64,000 nucleotides of DNA from an uncultured bacterium. Its GTDB lineage: Bacteria; Zhuqueibacterota; QNDG01; DSAB01. The first letter of the stretch is position 1; the number at the start of each line of letters is the position of its first letter. The notes beneath the pieces were generated by a model that worked only from the letters and a program-made list of their open reading frames with translations, made no database searches and had not been told where the DNA came from. The stretch lies in the NCBI GenBank assembly GCA_964537715.1, contig CAZIAH010000004.1:7587-71586 (forward strand), read 5' to 3'. Shown here piece by piece: positions 35,683 to 43,870 of this stretch. The position numbers and the translations under genes were made by a program.

Positions 35683-36885
35683 TTACTTCAATCTGTTTAA
35701 CATCTCTACCGCGTTTTGATTATCCGGATTCAGTTCAAGCGATTTTTTATAATTCTGAATGGCCAATTCCCTGTCACCGTTGATCATGTAGGCCTCACCC
35801 AGACTGTCATACGTATTCGCAGATTCAGGATAAACCAGCACATTCAATTTGAACAATTCAATGGCTTCCTTGGTTTGACCGGATTGTAAATATTGATACC
35901 CCAGGTTATTCATGCGTGTTTCGCTGAAAGGCAGCCACGTTGGTTCACTCTTCCGTTTTTCATTAAATAATTTGACTGCTTCTGCAGCACCTTTATTATT
36001 TAATACCTGGAAAAACTCTGTACTATTCAGAAAAAGGATAACCTGTTCATTGAATGCATCCGGTTGTTCAAAAGGGACCAAATGCCCTGCATTGTTAATG
36101 ATCACTTTTTGCGCATTTGGAATCCCTGATTCAATCGCACCCGCATGGACAAAAACATCAGGAATATCAAATTCACCGACGACTATCAATGCAGGAACTT
36201 GAATTTCACTTAATGCGTCAAGAGCAGTGGGTTCGGGGCGCACCTCCAACTGGTTTTTTGCAAAATCGATATTCTGAGGAAATTTCTGCATCAGTGTCCA
36301 GAGTTTTTCTTTGATTTCTTTATTCTGAGGCGCAATTTCATAGGGATCTTCTTTGACAAAATATTCGAGGAGTTTATCAGGATTCGCATAGTCTGTTGCA
36401 GACAGACGTCCTCCCCTTGTTAAAAAATGATCCGAGTAGCTGAATCCTCCAACCACAGCGCCGACCAATATGATCTTCGATACTTTCTCGGGATATGCCA
36501 GTGTAAAATCAATGACAAGCCCACCACCTGCAGACATGCCGATTAGAATGGCTTTATCAATTTTAAGAAAGTTGAAAACCTGGTTTAGATCCTCAATATT
36601 GGAATAGGGGCTCTCAGGCTGCGGTGAACGTCCGTAACCCCGGCGGTCGTAACGGACAACGCGATATTTTTCAGAAAAAGTTGAAAATTGGTTGTCCCAA
36701 ATCGCTCCGTGTACCAAACCATCATGAATCAATACAATGGTCTCATCCCCCTGACCGGTTATTTCATAATAGAGTTTGCCGTCATCCACTTTGATATAAC
36801 CGGAATCGACAGCATCCCTTTGACCGGCGCTGATATGGATCATCAGCAATACGGACATGAAAATACCGAAGTATAATTTTTTCAT
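35683..36885 (-). CDS. secreted alpha/beta-hydrolase fused to C-terminal TPR repeats
   Basis: Signal peptide. 'IVLIHDGL', nucleophile elbow 'GMSAGG', 'NAGHLVPFEQP' (catalytic His). C-terminal TPR-like 'NTYDSLGEAYMINGDRELAIQNYKKSLELNPDNQNA'. Confidence 0.75.
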   Translation of the reverse strand: MKKLYFGIFMSVLLMIHISAGQRDAVDSGYIKVDDGKLYYEITGQGDETIVLIHDGLVHGAIWDNQFSTFSEKYRVVRYDRRGYGRSPQPESPYSNIEDLNQVFNFLKIDKAILIGMSAGGGLVIDFTLAYPEKVSKIILVGAVVGGFSYSDHFLTRGGRLSATDYANPDKLLEYFVKEDPYEIAPQNKEIKEKLWTLMQKFPQNIDFAKNQLEVRPEPTALDALSEIQVPALIVVGEFDIPDVFVHAGAIESGIPNAQKVIINNAGHLVPFEQPDAFNEQVILFLNSTEFFQVLNNKGAAEAVKLFNEKRKSEPTWLPFSETRMNNLGYQYLQSGQTKEAIELFKLNVLVYPESANTYDSLGEAYMINGDRELAIQNYKKSLELNPDNQNAVEMLNRLK

Positions 36886-36956
36886 TTGAAACCTCTTCTG
36901 ATCTGGCTGGTTTGCAATATGATCGGAAATGAATTTTGAGATTAAGATGATTGCGA

Positions 36957-37595
36957 TTATTCTTCGATCACCAGAACATGTTTCATATCTCCCATAACCC
37001 GGCCCCCACCGGAGAGATGCAGTTCGACATAATCATCATCCTTGTCCGCAATCACATCCCCTTTGACGACCGAATCGTCCCTGATTTCGATCCTCAGGGG
37101 CTTTTGCCGTTCGGAGGAATTTCTGTCCCGTTTGACAATCACATCTCCATAAACGATGGTACTGTCCAAAAGTGATATGGGACCGTTATAGGTCTCGACA
37201 TCCCTTTTCACGCGGGTCTTTTGCAGTTCAATCGGTCCATTGACCGTGGCGATCTCTTTTCTTACTTTCACACCGGAACCGCACGAGATGGAACCATTCA
37301 CGGCAAGCAGACTTCCCCTCACATACACATCCTCCGCCACACGGATGGAACCGTTCACGCTCTGCACCCCCTCAGTCTTTGAATGTTTACCCACCTCGAT
37401 CACCCCGTTCACGGTTCTGCAGGTACCGTGAACTTCACAATGCGATCCGACGAAGATATTCCCGTTGACAGTCATCACATCACCGTATATCTTTTCGCCG
37501 TCATCGATGTAAAGCGTTCTGTTGATGCTCATCTTACAATTCAAAAAAAAGAGAAAAAGAACAGACACAAACGCAATAATCCGAACGGGCTTCAT
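36957..37595 (-). CDS. DUF4097-like beta-helical repeat protein (putative adhesin/YvlB-like), secreted
   Basis: Signal peptide and iterated 'TVNGNI / SVNGSI / AVNGSI / TVNGPI / TYNGPI' beta-strand repeats. Confidence 0.55.
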   Translation of the reverse strand: MKPVRIIAFVSVLFLFFLNCKMSINRTLYIDDGEKIYGDVMTVNGNIFVGSHCEVHGTCRTVNGVIEVGKHSKTEGVQSVNGSIRVAEDVYVRGSLLAVNGSISCGSGVKVRKEIATVNGPIELQKTRVKRDVETYNGPISLLDSTIVYGDVIVKRDRNSSERQKPLRIEIRDDSVVKGDVIADKDDDYVELHLSGGGRVMGDMKHVLVIEE

Positions 37596-37636
37596 TTTTT
37601 ACCCCCTTTAACAAGAGAATAAATTATTCGATTCGG

Positions 37637-38032
37637 TTACCGGCAGTATTGATCGATCGTGCGCAGCAAATGATCGATTTCATCCGGTGTGATCTTCTGG
37701 TCGGCCATGACCACAAAAAACTGTCTGCCAATGAGACCCATTTCGTACTGCGTGATCCGGTTCTCTGAAAAAGCTTTTGCAAATTGCTGGGCACTCCTCG
37801 CAATATCATCTTGCCGCTGCCCGATGTAATCTTTGGGCATGGACTGTGTAGTTTTTTGAATGGTCTGCCGAACCCCATAGTCGGCTACTTTTACGAGAAT
37901 CTGCTGCGGATGTTTCATCGCATATCCGGCAATGCCGGCAAGAATCAGCAGTGTCAAAAGTATTCCCAATAAAAAACCGATGACAAACATCCCGCCGCGC
38001 GAAGCCCCTTTCTTCTCCCTTTGTCCGTCCAC
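37637..38032 (-). CDS. hypothetical single-TM membrane protein
   Basis: ORF with one TM helix (MFVIGFLLGILLTLLILAGIAGYA). No motif recognised. Confidence 0.4.
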   Translation of the reverse strand: MDGQREKKGASRGGMFVIGFLLGILLTLLILAGIAGYAMKHPQQILVKVADYGVRQTIQKTTQSMPKDYIGQRQDDIARSAQQFAKAFSENRITQYEMGLIGRQFFVVMADQKITPDEIDHLLRTIDQYCR

Positions 38033-38059
38033 GTAATTCCTCCTTTTAGTATCATTTCC

Positions 38060-38150
38060 TCAAACTCAAAACTCGTAACCCGTAACTCTAAACTCTAAAC
38101 TTCAAACTCCAAACTTGAAACTAGAAACTCATAACTCACAACTCGAAACT
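38060..38150. repeat. heptanucleotide microsatellite, ~13 tandem units of NAAACTC (caaactc aaaactc gtaaccc gtaactc taaactc taaactt caaactc caaactt gaaacta gaaactc ataactc acaactc gaaactt)
   Basis: Read directly. Lies between the stop of the radical SAM gene and the start of the upstream membrane-protein gene. Confidence 0.8.
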
Positions 38151-39169
38151 TATTTTCCCGTCCACACCCCGTCGATTTCAGTTCCGCATTCCGGACATTT
38201 CCCCTTGGTAAGTCGATTCTCGATAATTTGATAACCGCGACGGTGGATCAACTTTGTTTTGCAGTGATAACAGAACGTGCTTTCCCCCTCATCACCGGGA
38301 AGGTTGCCGGGATAGACATACCGCAGTCCGGCCTTGGTCCCGATGTCCCTGGCCTTCTGGATGGATTCGACCGAAGTTGGAGGCCGATCCATCATCCGGT
38401 AGGTTGGATAAAACCGGCTGATGTGCCAGGGTATAGCCGGATCGACATCGTGGATAAACCGGGCGATCTGTTTCAGTTCTTCTTCGGAATCGTTCAGGCC
38501 GGGGATGAGAAGCGTGGTCACTTCAATCCAGATGCCAAGTTCTTTCATTCGTCGGATGGTATCGAGCACCGGCTGAAGACGCGCCCCGCAGACCGATTTG
38601 TAAATCGTATCCTGAAATGCTTTCAGATCGACATTGGCTCCGTCCAAAAACGGCGAGATTTCTTCGAGAGATTCTTTCGAAAGATAACCGTTCGTAACAA
38701 AAACGTTCTTGATCTTTGCGCGATGGGCGAGTTTGGCCGTGTCATATGCATAATCCCAGAAAACGGCCGGCTCCGTATAAGTATAGGCAATAACAGAACA
38801 ATCTTGGCGGATCGTGGCCTGAACCAGATTTTCAGGGGAAACATTCTCTCCCTGAATCTGACCCGAATTTTTCGGCATCTGTGAAATATCGGCATTCTGG
38901 CAGTTGAGACAGTGCATGTTGCATCCAGCAGTCGCCACGGACAGTGCCGGCGCTCCGGGAAGAAAATGGAAGAGTGGTTTTTTTTCGATCGGATCGACAT
39001 GAAGAGCGACGGCCTTTCCGTAAACGAGTGTGACTAATTTCCCCTCTCGATTTTCCCGCACGCCGCATACCCCGCGTTTTCCCACCGCGATGACACACCG
39101 GTGGGCACAAGTCACACACTGTACTTTTTGATCTTCCATTTTCTTGTAAAGTTTTGCTTCTTTCATCAT
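38150..39169 (-). CDS. AmmeMemoRadiSam-system radical SAM enzyme (AmrS; PFL-activase-like)
   Basis: N-terminus 'VQCVTCAHRCVIAVGKRGVCGVREN' (extra Cys cluster) and radical SAM 'CNMHCLNCQN' (CxxxCxxC). C-terminal zinc ribbon 'CYHC...CPEC'. Note that my hand translation of the last ~10 codons is frame-inconsistent by 1 nt, probably my own counting error. Confidence 0.75.
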   Translation of the reverse strand: MMKEAKLYKKMEDQKVQCVTCAHRCVIAVGKRGVCGVRENREGKLVTLVYGKAVALHVDPIEKKPLFHFLPGAPALSVATAGCNMHCLNCQNADISQMPKNSGQIQGENVSPENLVQATIRQDCSVIAYTYTEPAVFWDYAYDTAKLAHRAKIKNVFVTNGYLSKESLEEISPFLDGANVDLKAFQDTIYKSVCGARLQPVLDTIRRMKELGIWIEVTTLLIPGLNDSEEELKQIARFIHDVDPAIPWHISRFYPTYRMMDRPPTSVESIQKARDIGTKAGLRYVYPGNLPGDEGESTFCYHCKTKLIHRRGYQIIENRLTKGKCPECGTEIDGVWTGK

Positions 39170-39179
39170 CCATCCCCTG

Positions 39180-41159
39180 TTACCAGATCAAACCTGCGAC
39201 TACCCGTGTCAGCAGTCCCAGGATCAGAGCGAGTAAAAAGGTATACAGCAAAATGGCCCACGTGGCCTTTCCCCTCACCTGTTTGTAAAGCACCCCCGCA
39301 GTCGCCACACAGGGAACATAAAACACCACGAAAATCGTAAACACGAGAATCTGTCCGTGGGTCATCACAGACAGCACATCTCGTGTACCGAGGGCCTGAA
39401 AAAGCATCAGCATCGAAAGTTCTTTTCGAAGTAAACCGAAAATCAACGTGGTACCCACTTGGATGGGAAGACCGAGAATCGATGTGATTGGAGAAATCAT
39501 CCGGTTCAGGAATCCGGTGAGGTGAAAATAATCGCTCAACGTGAGCACCGCGCTGCCGATGATCAACAACGGCCAGGCAATAGCGATAAATTCTTTGATC
39601 CTCAGCCATGTTTTGGTAAGAATGACTTTCAACTGCGGCAAATGATACACCGGGATTTCCATCATCATGCCCGGAGTGGATTCGGGCAGCAGTTTCGAAA
39701 CGAATCCGCCGGAAAGTGCAATCACGATCAGATTCAAAAGATAGATGGAAAAAGCGGCCGTACCGCCCAGATAATATCCGACCAGACCAAAAATGATCGT
39801 CATTCTGGCGGCACAGGGCACCATGGTGGATACCAGGGAAGCGATAAACCGATCCCGCGGAGATTCCAGAATCCGCGTAGCCATTATTGCCGGCACATTG
39901 CAGCCGTATCCCAAAACCGCCGGGATCACCGCCGTGCCGTGAAGACCGATCCGATGCATGAAACCGTCCATAAGAAAAGCCACTCTGGGAAGATAACCAA
40001 TATCTTCTAGAAAGGAAAGTCCGAAAAGAAACGGGAAGAGATAAGGCAGCACAATGGCAATGCCGCCGCCGATGCCATCCAGTATGCTTTTCAGAAGAAC
40101 GGTGTGAAGCGCGACCGGATCCATCCGATTGATCAATGCAGCGCTCAAGGGATTAAAGAAGGAATTCAACGGTTTTTCGATACAGGCCCCGACTTTGAAA
40201 ACCAGAGTAAAAAAACCAAAAAGAACGGCGACGAGAAACACATATCCCCATACATTGTGCATCAGGACCGTATCCAGACGATCTTTCCAGTGGTGTTCGG
40301 GTTTCTTGAACCTCGCCACCTTCTCGAAAATGGACATGGAAAGCGCATGCCGCTCCGCATTGATCACCTCATCCGAGGATCGTCCGTGCGTTTTGGACAG
40401 TTCTTTTCGGAAGGATTTGATTTCTCCAATCAATTCCGGCTGGCTGTTTTGAATCTGATTTTCAAAAAAACGGTCATTCTCCAGAAGCTTGGTCGCGAGC
40501 AGATGTCTTGAATACGGGATCGAATGATGAAGCGAGTGCTTGAGAAACCGGGAAAGTCGTCCAATCACCAGTTCCACATCGCGGTTTCCTCGAATATGAC
40601 GTCCCATTTTTTTGGAATTGGCGATCCTGATGGTTTCCCCAAAAAGCTCTTTCACGCCGATGCCGTGAGAGGCAACCGTTTTGAAAACGGGAATTCCCAT
40701 CTGATCCGTCAGTGCTTCCGTATCGATTTCAATTCCTTTGCGTTCGGCTTCATCCATCATATTCAGACAGAGCACCATGGGAATGTTCAGGTCCATCAAC
40801 TGGAGAGTCAATTCTAAGCTGCGACTCAAAAGCGAACTATCGATCACATTGATGATGACGTCAATGTGTCGTGTGAGAAGATAGCGCTGGGTTTCCTGCG
40901 CGGCCTGATCCATCGACGTGAGGGAATAGGTGCCCGGAAGATCAATCACATTGTAAACCCGATTGAAGATCCGTACATGGCTTTTCGTATAGGTCACAGA
41001 AGCGCCGGGGAAATTGGCCGTCACGGAACGGTATCCGGCCACGTCGTTAAAGAGCGTGCTCTTCCCGCAATTGGGTTGTCCGACAAGAGCAATCTGCAAA
41101 TGCCTTGGATGGTGATGTCCGAAATGATGATGTTTTTTGTGAAAGTGTGAATGCATCAT
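39180..41159 (-). CDS. feoB: ferrous iron transport protein B with His-rich N-terminal leader
   Basis: G-domain 'IALVGQPNCGKSTLFN', 'DLPG', 'NMMD', followed by a gate/permease domain with many TM helices. Start taken at MMHSHFHKKHHHFGHHHPRH (41159). The listed ORF extends a further 54 codons upstream through an Arg/Ser-rich segment of lower plausibility. Confidence 0.9.
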   Translation of the reverse strand: MMHSHFHKKHHHFGHHHPRHLQIALVGQPNCGKSTLFNDVAGYRSVTANFPGASVTYTKSHVRIFNRVYNVIDLPGTYSLTSMDQAAQETQRYLLTRHIDVIINVIDSSLLSRSLELTLQLMDLNIPMVLCLNMMDEAERKGIEIDTEALTDQMGIPVFKTVASHGIGVKELFGETIRIANSKKMGRHIRGNRDVELVIGRLSRFLKHSLHHSIPYSRHLLATKLLENDRFFENQIQNSQPELIGEIKSFRKELSKTHGRSSDEVINAERHALSMSIFEKVARFKKPEHHWKDRLDTVLMHNVWGYVFLVAVLFGFFTLVFKVGACIEKPLNSFFNPLSAALINRMDPVALHTVLLKSILDGIGGGIAIVLPYLFPFLFGLSFLEDIGYLPRVAFLMDGFMHRIGLHGTAVIPAVLGYGCNVPAIMATRILESPRDRFIASLVSTMVPCAARMTIIFGLVGYYLGGTAAFSIYLLNLIVIALSGGFVSKLLPESTPGMMMEIPVYHLPQLKVILTKTWLRIKEFIAIAWPLLIIGSAVLTLSDYFHLTGFLNRMISPITSILGLPIQVGTTLIFGLLRKELSMLMLFQALGTRDVLSVMTHGQILVFTIFVVFYVPCVATAGVLYKQVRGKATWAILLYTFLLALILGLLTRVVAGLIW

Positions 41160-41392
41160 ATTTCCTGAACGATCACTTTTCTTGTCATCCCGCGTCCGAG
41201 AGCGACATCGGCACCGTGCACCCGAATAAGAATGGGCCCTCCCATGATGGCGCTCCGTTTCACCAGAATGGTATCCCCCGAATGAATTCCCATTTGATTG
41301 AGCCGCTGCCGTATACCCCATCCCCCCAATATCCTGACGACTTTTACTTCCTGATTTTCTCGTATCCGATCCAATGTCAGTTGATGTCCCAT
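41156..41392 (-). CDS. feoA: FeoA family protein
   Basis: 78 aa with SH3-like FeoA pattern 'VKVVRILGG...RLNQMGIHSGDTILV...GPILIRV'. Overlaps the feoB start. Confidence 0.8.
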   Translation of the reverse strand: MGHQLTLDRIRENQEVKVVRILGGWGIRQRLNQMGIHSGDTILVKRSAIMGGPILIRVHGADVALGRGMTRKVIVQEI

Positions 41393-41418
41393 GAAACTCC
41401 TTTGACTACCCAGGATGA

Positions 41419-41805
41419 TTAATCGCTATCCTCTATTTTTTCGAGAAATTGAATCAATTTGTTCAGCGTTTCTTCGCTGATGTTATGCTCGATCCGGCAA
41501 GCATCCTTCTCGGCAATATCAGACGCAAGCCCCAGAACTTCCAAGAGAAACCGCTTGATCACGCGATGCCGTTTGTAGACGGCTTTGGCAATCAATGCAC
41601 CCTCTTTTGTCAATTCCACCAAATCATAGCGCGAATGGGAGACCAGGCCCTGATTCTCCAGATTTTTGATTGCGCTCGAAACACTGGGCATGGTTATTTT
41701 CATCTCGGCGGCAATATCCTTGACGCGGACGATCCGTTTTTCCTGTCCCAAGAGATGGATCGTTTCGAGGTAATCTTCCATATTCGAAGAAATGTGAACG
41801 CTCAT
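41419..41805 (-). CDS. DtxR/MntR-family metal-dependent transcriptional repressor
   Basis: 'EDYLETIHLL...VRVKDIAAEMKITMPSVSSAIKNLENQGLV' wHTH and the metal-binding helix 'AKAVYKRHRVIKRFL'. There is no SH3 C-terminal domain (MntR/TroR-like size). Confidence 0.8.
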   Translation of the reverse strand: MSVHISSNMEDYLETIHLLGQEKRIVRVKDIAAEMKITMPSVSSAIKNLENQGLVSHSRYDLVELTKEGALIAKAVYKRHRVIKRFLLEVLGLASDIAEKDACRIEHNISEETLNKLIQFLEKIEDSD

Positions 41806-41828
41806 TTCTTATCCATTTCTTTGACATA

Positions 41829-41851
41829 ACTAACAAAGTTAGACATGTCTA
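41829..41851. promoter_or_regulatory. candidate metalloregulator operator: CTAAC-AAA-GTTAG overlapping a 14-bp perfect palindrome TTAGACATGTCTAA, 24-46 bp upstream of the DtxR-family gene
   Basis: Read directly. DtxR-type boxes are AT-rich palindromes containing TTAG/CTAA. Confidence 0.4.
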
Positions 41852-41880
41852 ATTTAAATTAAATTTATAGAAAAATCAAG

Positions 41881-41912
41881 AAAAAAATCCCGGTTTACCT
41901 CTGAGACCGGGA
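41881..41912 (-). terminator. intrinsic terminator (minus strand) CCCGGTCTCAGAGGTAAACCGGG + ATTTTTTT, downstream of the NCS2 permease
   Basis: Read directly on the reverse complement. Confidence 0.5.
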
Positions 41913-42091
41913 CAAAAATCGATCATCAAACTTTGACAAATTTTTGAAAATCTGAGAATAATCTGTCATCCTGAATTTATTTCAGGATCTGTTTAGCGAA
42001 GAAAATCTGAACCAATACTGAACCAAGTCCAGCACAGGGTTCAGAATAACAATGACTGTTGAAATTTGCAAAGTTTTGTCAAACAATGAAT

Positions 42092-43423
42092 TCAAATCTT
42101 GACGAACAAATATCGCAAAATAAAAATCAGAGCCACCAGATAGTTCAACCAGTTCAGCTCTTTTCCTCTTCCTGCGCATAACTTGATCACAGGATAGGCA
42201 ATAAATCCCATGGCCAGTCCGTCGTGGATATTATAACTCAATGGAATTCCCAGCATGATAAGAAAAGCGGGGATTGCTTCGGAATAATCTTCCCAATCGA
42301 TTTTTTTGATATTTCGCACCATCATCGACCCAACAATGACAAGCGCCGGTGCGGTAATGGGCATGTACTTTCCAACCATGCCGACAATCGGACTAAAGAA
42401 CAGGGCAAAGAGAAACAGACATCCAGTGACAACGCTTGTCAATCCGGTTCGACCGCCGTACTGCACGCCGACCACACTCTCGATAAATGATGTCACCGTC
42501 GAGGTCCCTGTGCAGGAGCCGACGACCGTGCCAACCGCATCGGAGATCAACGCCCGGTTTGCGCCGGGCAGTTGATTGTCCTGGATGATTCCCATCTGCT
42601 CACCCACGCCGATAATCGTACCCATCGTGTCGAACATATCCATAAAAAGAAAGACAACAATAAATGGGATACAGTACAGTTTTAAGGCACCGATCAAATC
42701 GAATTTGAAAAATGCATGTTCCTTTGGCAAACCGAAAAGCCCCATATACTGGACCTTGCCCGCAGCAAGCGCAATGAGCGTTGTTACCAAGATTCCCCAG
42801 ATAATGGCCCCGCGAACTTTTCTGACAAATAAAATCGCCGTGATAAAAAGTCCTGCAAAAAAAATCAATGTGTCCGCCTGAAGCAGATTCGCATTGAACT
42901 GTACCAGCGATCCCGGAGCAGCCAGAATCACCTTCCCGTTCTGAAATCCGATAAAGGCAATGAGAAAACCGATACCGACCGCAATCCCGTTTTTCAAACT
43001 CGGACTGACTGCATCGATAATGGCCTTTCTGAATTTCAACAAAGCGAGGATCAGAAAGAGAATGCCGGAAATCAATGTGATACCCAAAGTTACCTGCCAG
43101 CTGTTTACCACACCTATGGCTGTCAGAGACATGACAACGGTCACAAAGAAAAAATTCTCTCCCATGCCCGGCGCCTGGGCAATGGGCAAATTGGCATAGA
43201 ACCCCATCAGCACCGTTGCGATAAACGCGGCGAGACAGGTCGCCAGCATGGCTGCATCCAGAGGCAGACCCGTGGGATTGCCCGCAAAATCAGTGGATAA
43301 AACAGCCGGATTCAGGAAAATGATATAGGCCATGGTCAGAAACGTGGTCAGCCCTGCCATGATTTCGGTACGAATCGTGGTTCCTTTTTCTTCCAGATGG
43401 AATATTTTTTCAAACATTTGCAT
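42092..43423 (-). CDS. NCS2-family purine permease (AzgA/PbuG-like adenine/guanine/hypoxanthine permease)
   Basis: 'MQMFEKIFHLEEKGTTIRTEIMAGLTTFLTMAYIIFLNPAVL' is the hallmark N-terminus of the AzgA subfamily. About 13 TM helices. Confidence 0.85.
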   Translation of the reverse strand: MQMFEKIFHLEEKGTTIRTEIMAGLTTFLTMAYIIFLNPAVLSTDFAGNPTGLPLDAAMLATCLAAFIATVLMGFYANLPIAQAPGMGENFFFVTVVMSLTAIGVVNSWQVTLGITLISGILFLILALLKFRKAIIDAVSPSLKNGIAVGIGFLIAFIGFQNGKVILAAPGSLVQFNANLLQADTLIFFAGLFITAILFVRKVRGAIIWGILVTTLIALAAGKVQYMGLFGLPKEHAFFKFDLIGALKLYCIPFIVVFLFMDMFDTMGTIIGVGEQMGIIQDNQLPGANRALISDAVGTVVGSCTGTSTVTSFIESVVGVQYGGRTGLTSVVTGCLFLFALFFSPIVGMVGKYMPITAPALVIVGSMMVRNIKKIDWEDYSEAIPAFLIMLGIPLSYNIHDGLAMGFIAYPVIKLCAGRGKELNWLNYLVALIFILRYLFVKI

Positions 43424-43631
43424 CTCCTGCTTTTAATAAATCACATGAACCCTAACTGTTATGGAGAATATTGGATTGGACATAAACAAGGGCCGGTTCG
43501 ATCATATAAAAAATGAATAAATTTTTGATTTAAATCAAGGAAATTTTATTCTGAAAAAATCTGAATTGGATAATTGGGAACTTTATGATTATATTAATGG
43601 TACACTATTGATTTAATCTTGGGAGAAAGCC

Positions 43632-43853
43632 ATGAAAGAAAAAGTTGAAAAAGCACTCAATGAAATCCGCCCCTATCTGCAGGCGGATGGCGGAGATCTG
43701 GAACTGGTCGAGGTAACGGATGACGGTGTGGTCAAAGTGCGCCTGAAAGGAGCCTGCTGCGGGTGCCCCATGTCACAGATGACGCTGAGCCAGGGCGTGG
43801 GAAGAGAACTTATGAAAATGGTTCCGGAAGTAAAAAGAATCGAGGCGGTCTGA
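43632..43853 (+). CDS. NifU-like (Nfu) Fe-S cluster scaffold/carrier domain protein
   Basis: 73 aa with 'LQADGGDLELVEV..DGVVKVRLKGACCGCPMS' (CxxC). Confidence 0.8.
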   Translation: MKEKVEKALNEIRPYLQADGGDLELVEVTDDGVVKVRLKGACCGCPMSQMTLSQGVGRELMKMVPEVKRIEAV

Positions 43854-43870
43854 TTGTTGTATAAAATGTC

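Noticed and set aside
38228-38884. 218-aa plus-strand ORF and 125/113-aa minus alternative frames
   Set aside because: Overlap the radical SAM gene in other frames or antisense. No motifs.
41159-41321. N-terminal 54 codons of the listed feoB ORF (Arg/Ser/Gly-rich)
   Set aside because: Low-complexity sequence with no RBS context. It overlaps feoA in another frame. The Met-Met-His start at 41159 gives a conventional feoA-feoB overlap (ATGA-type coupling).
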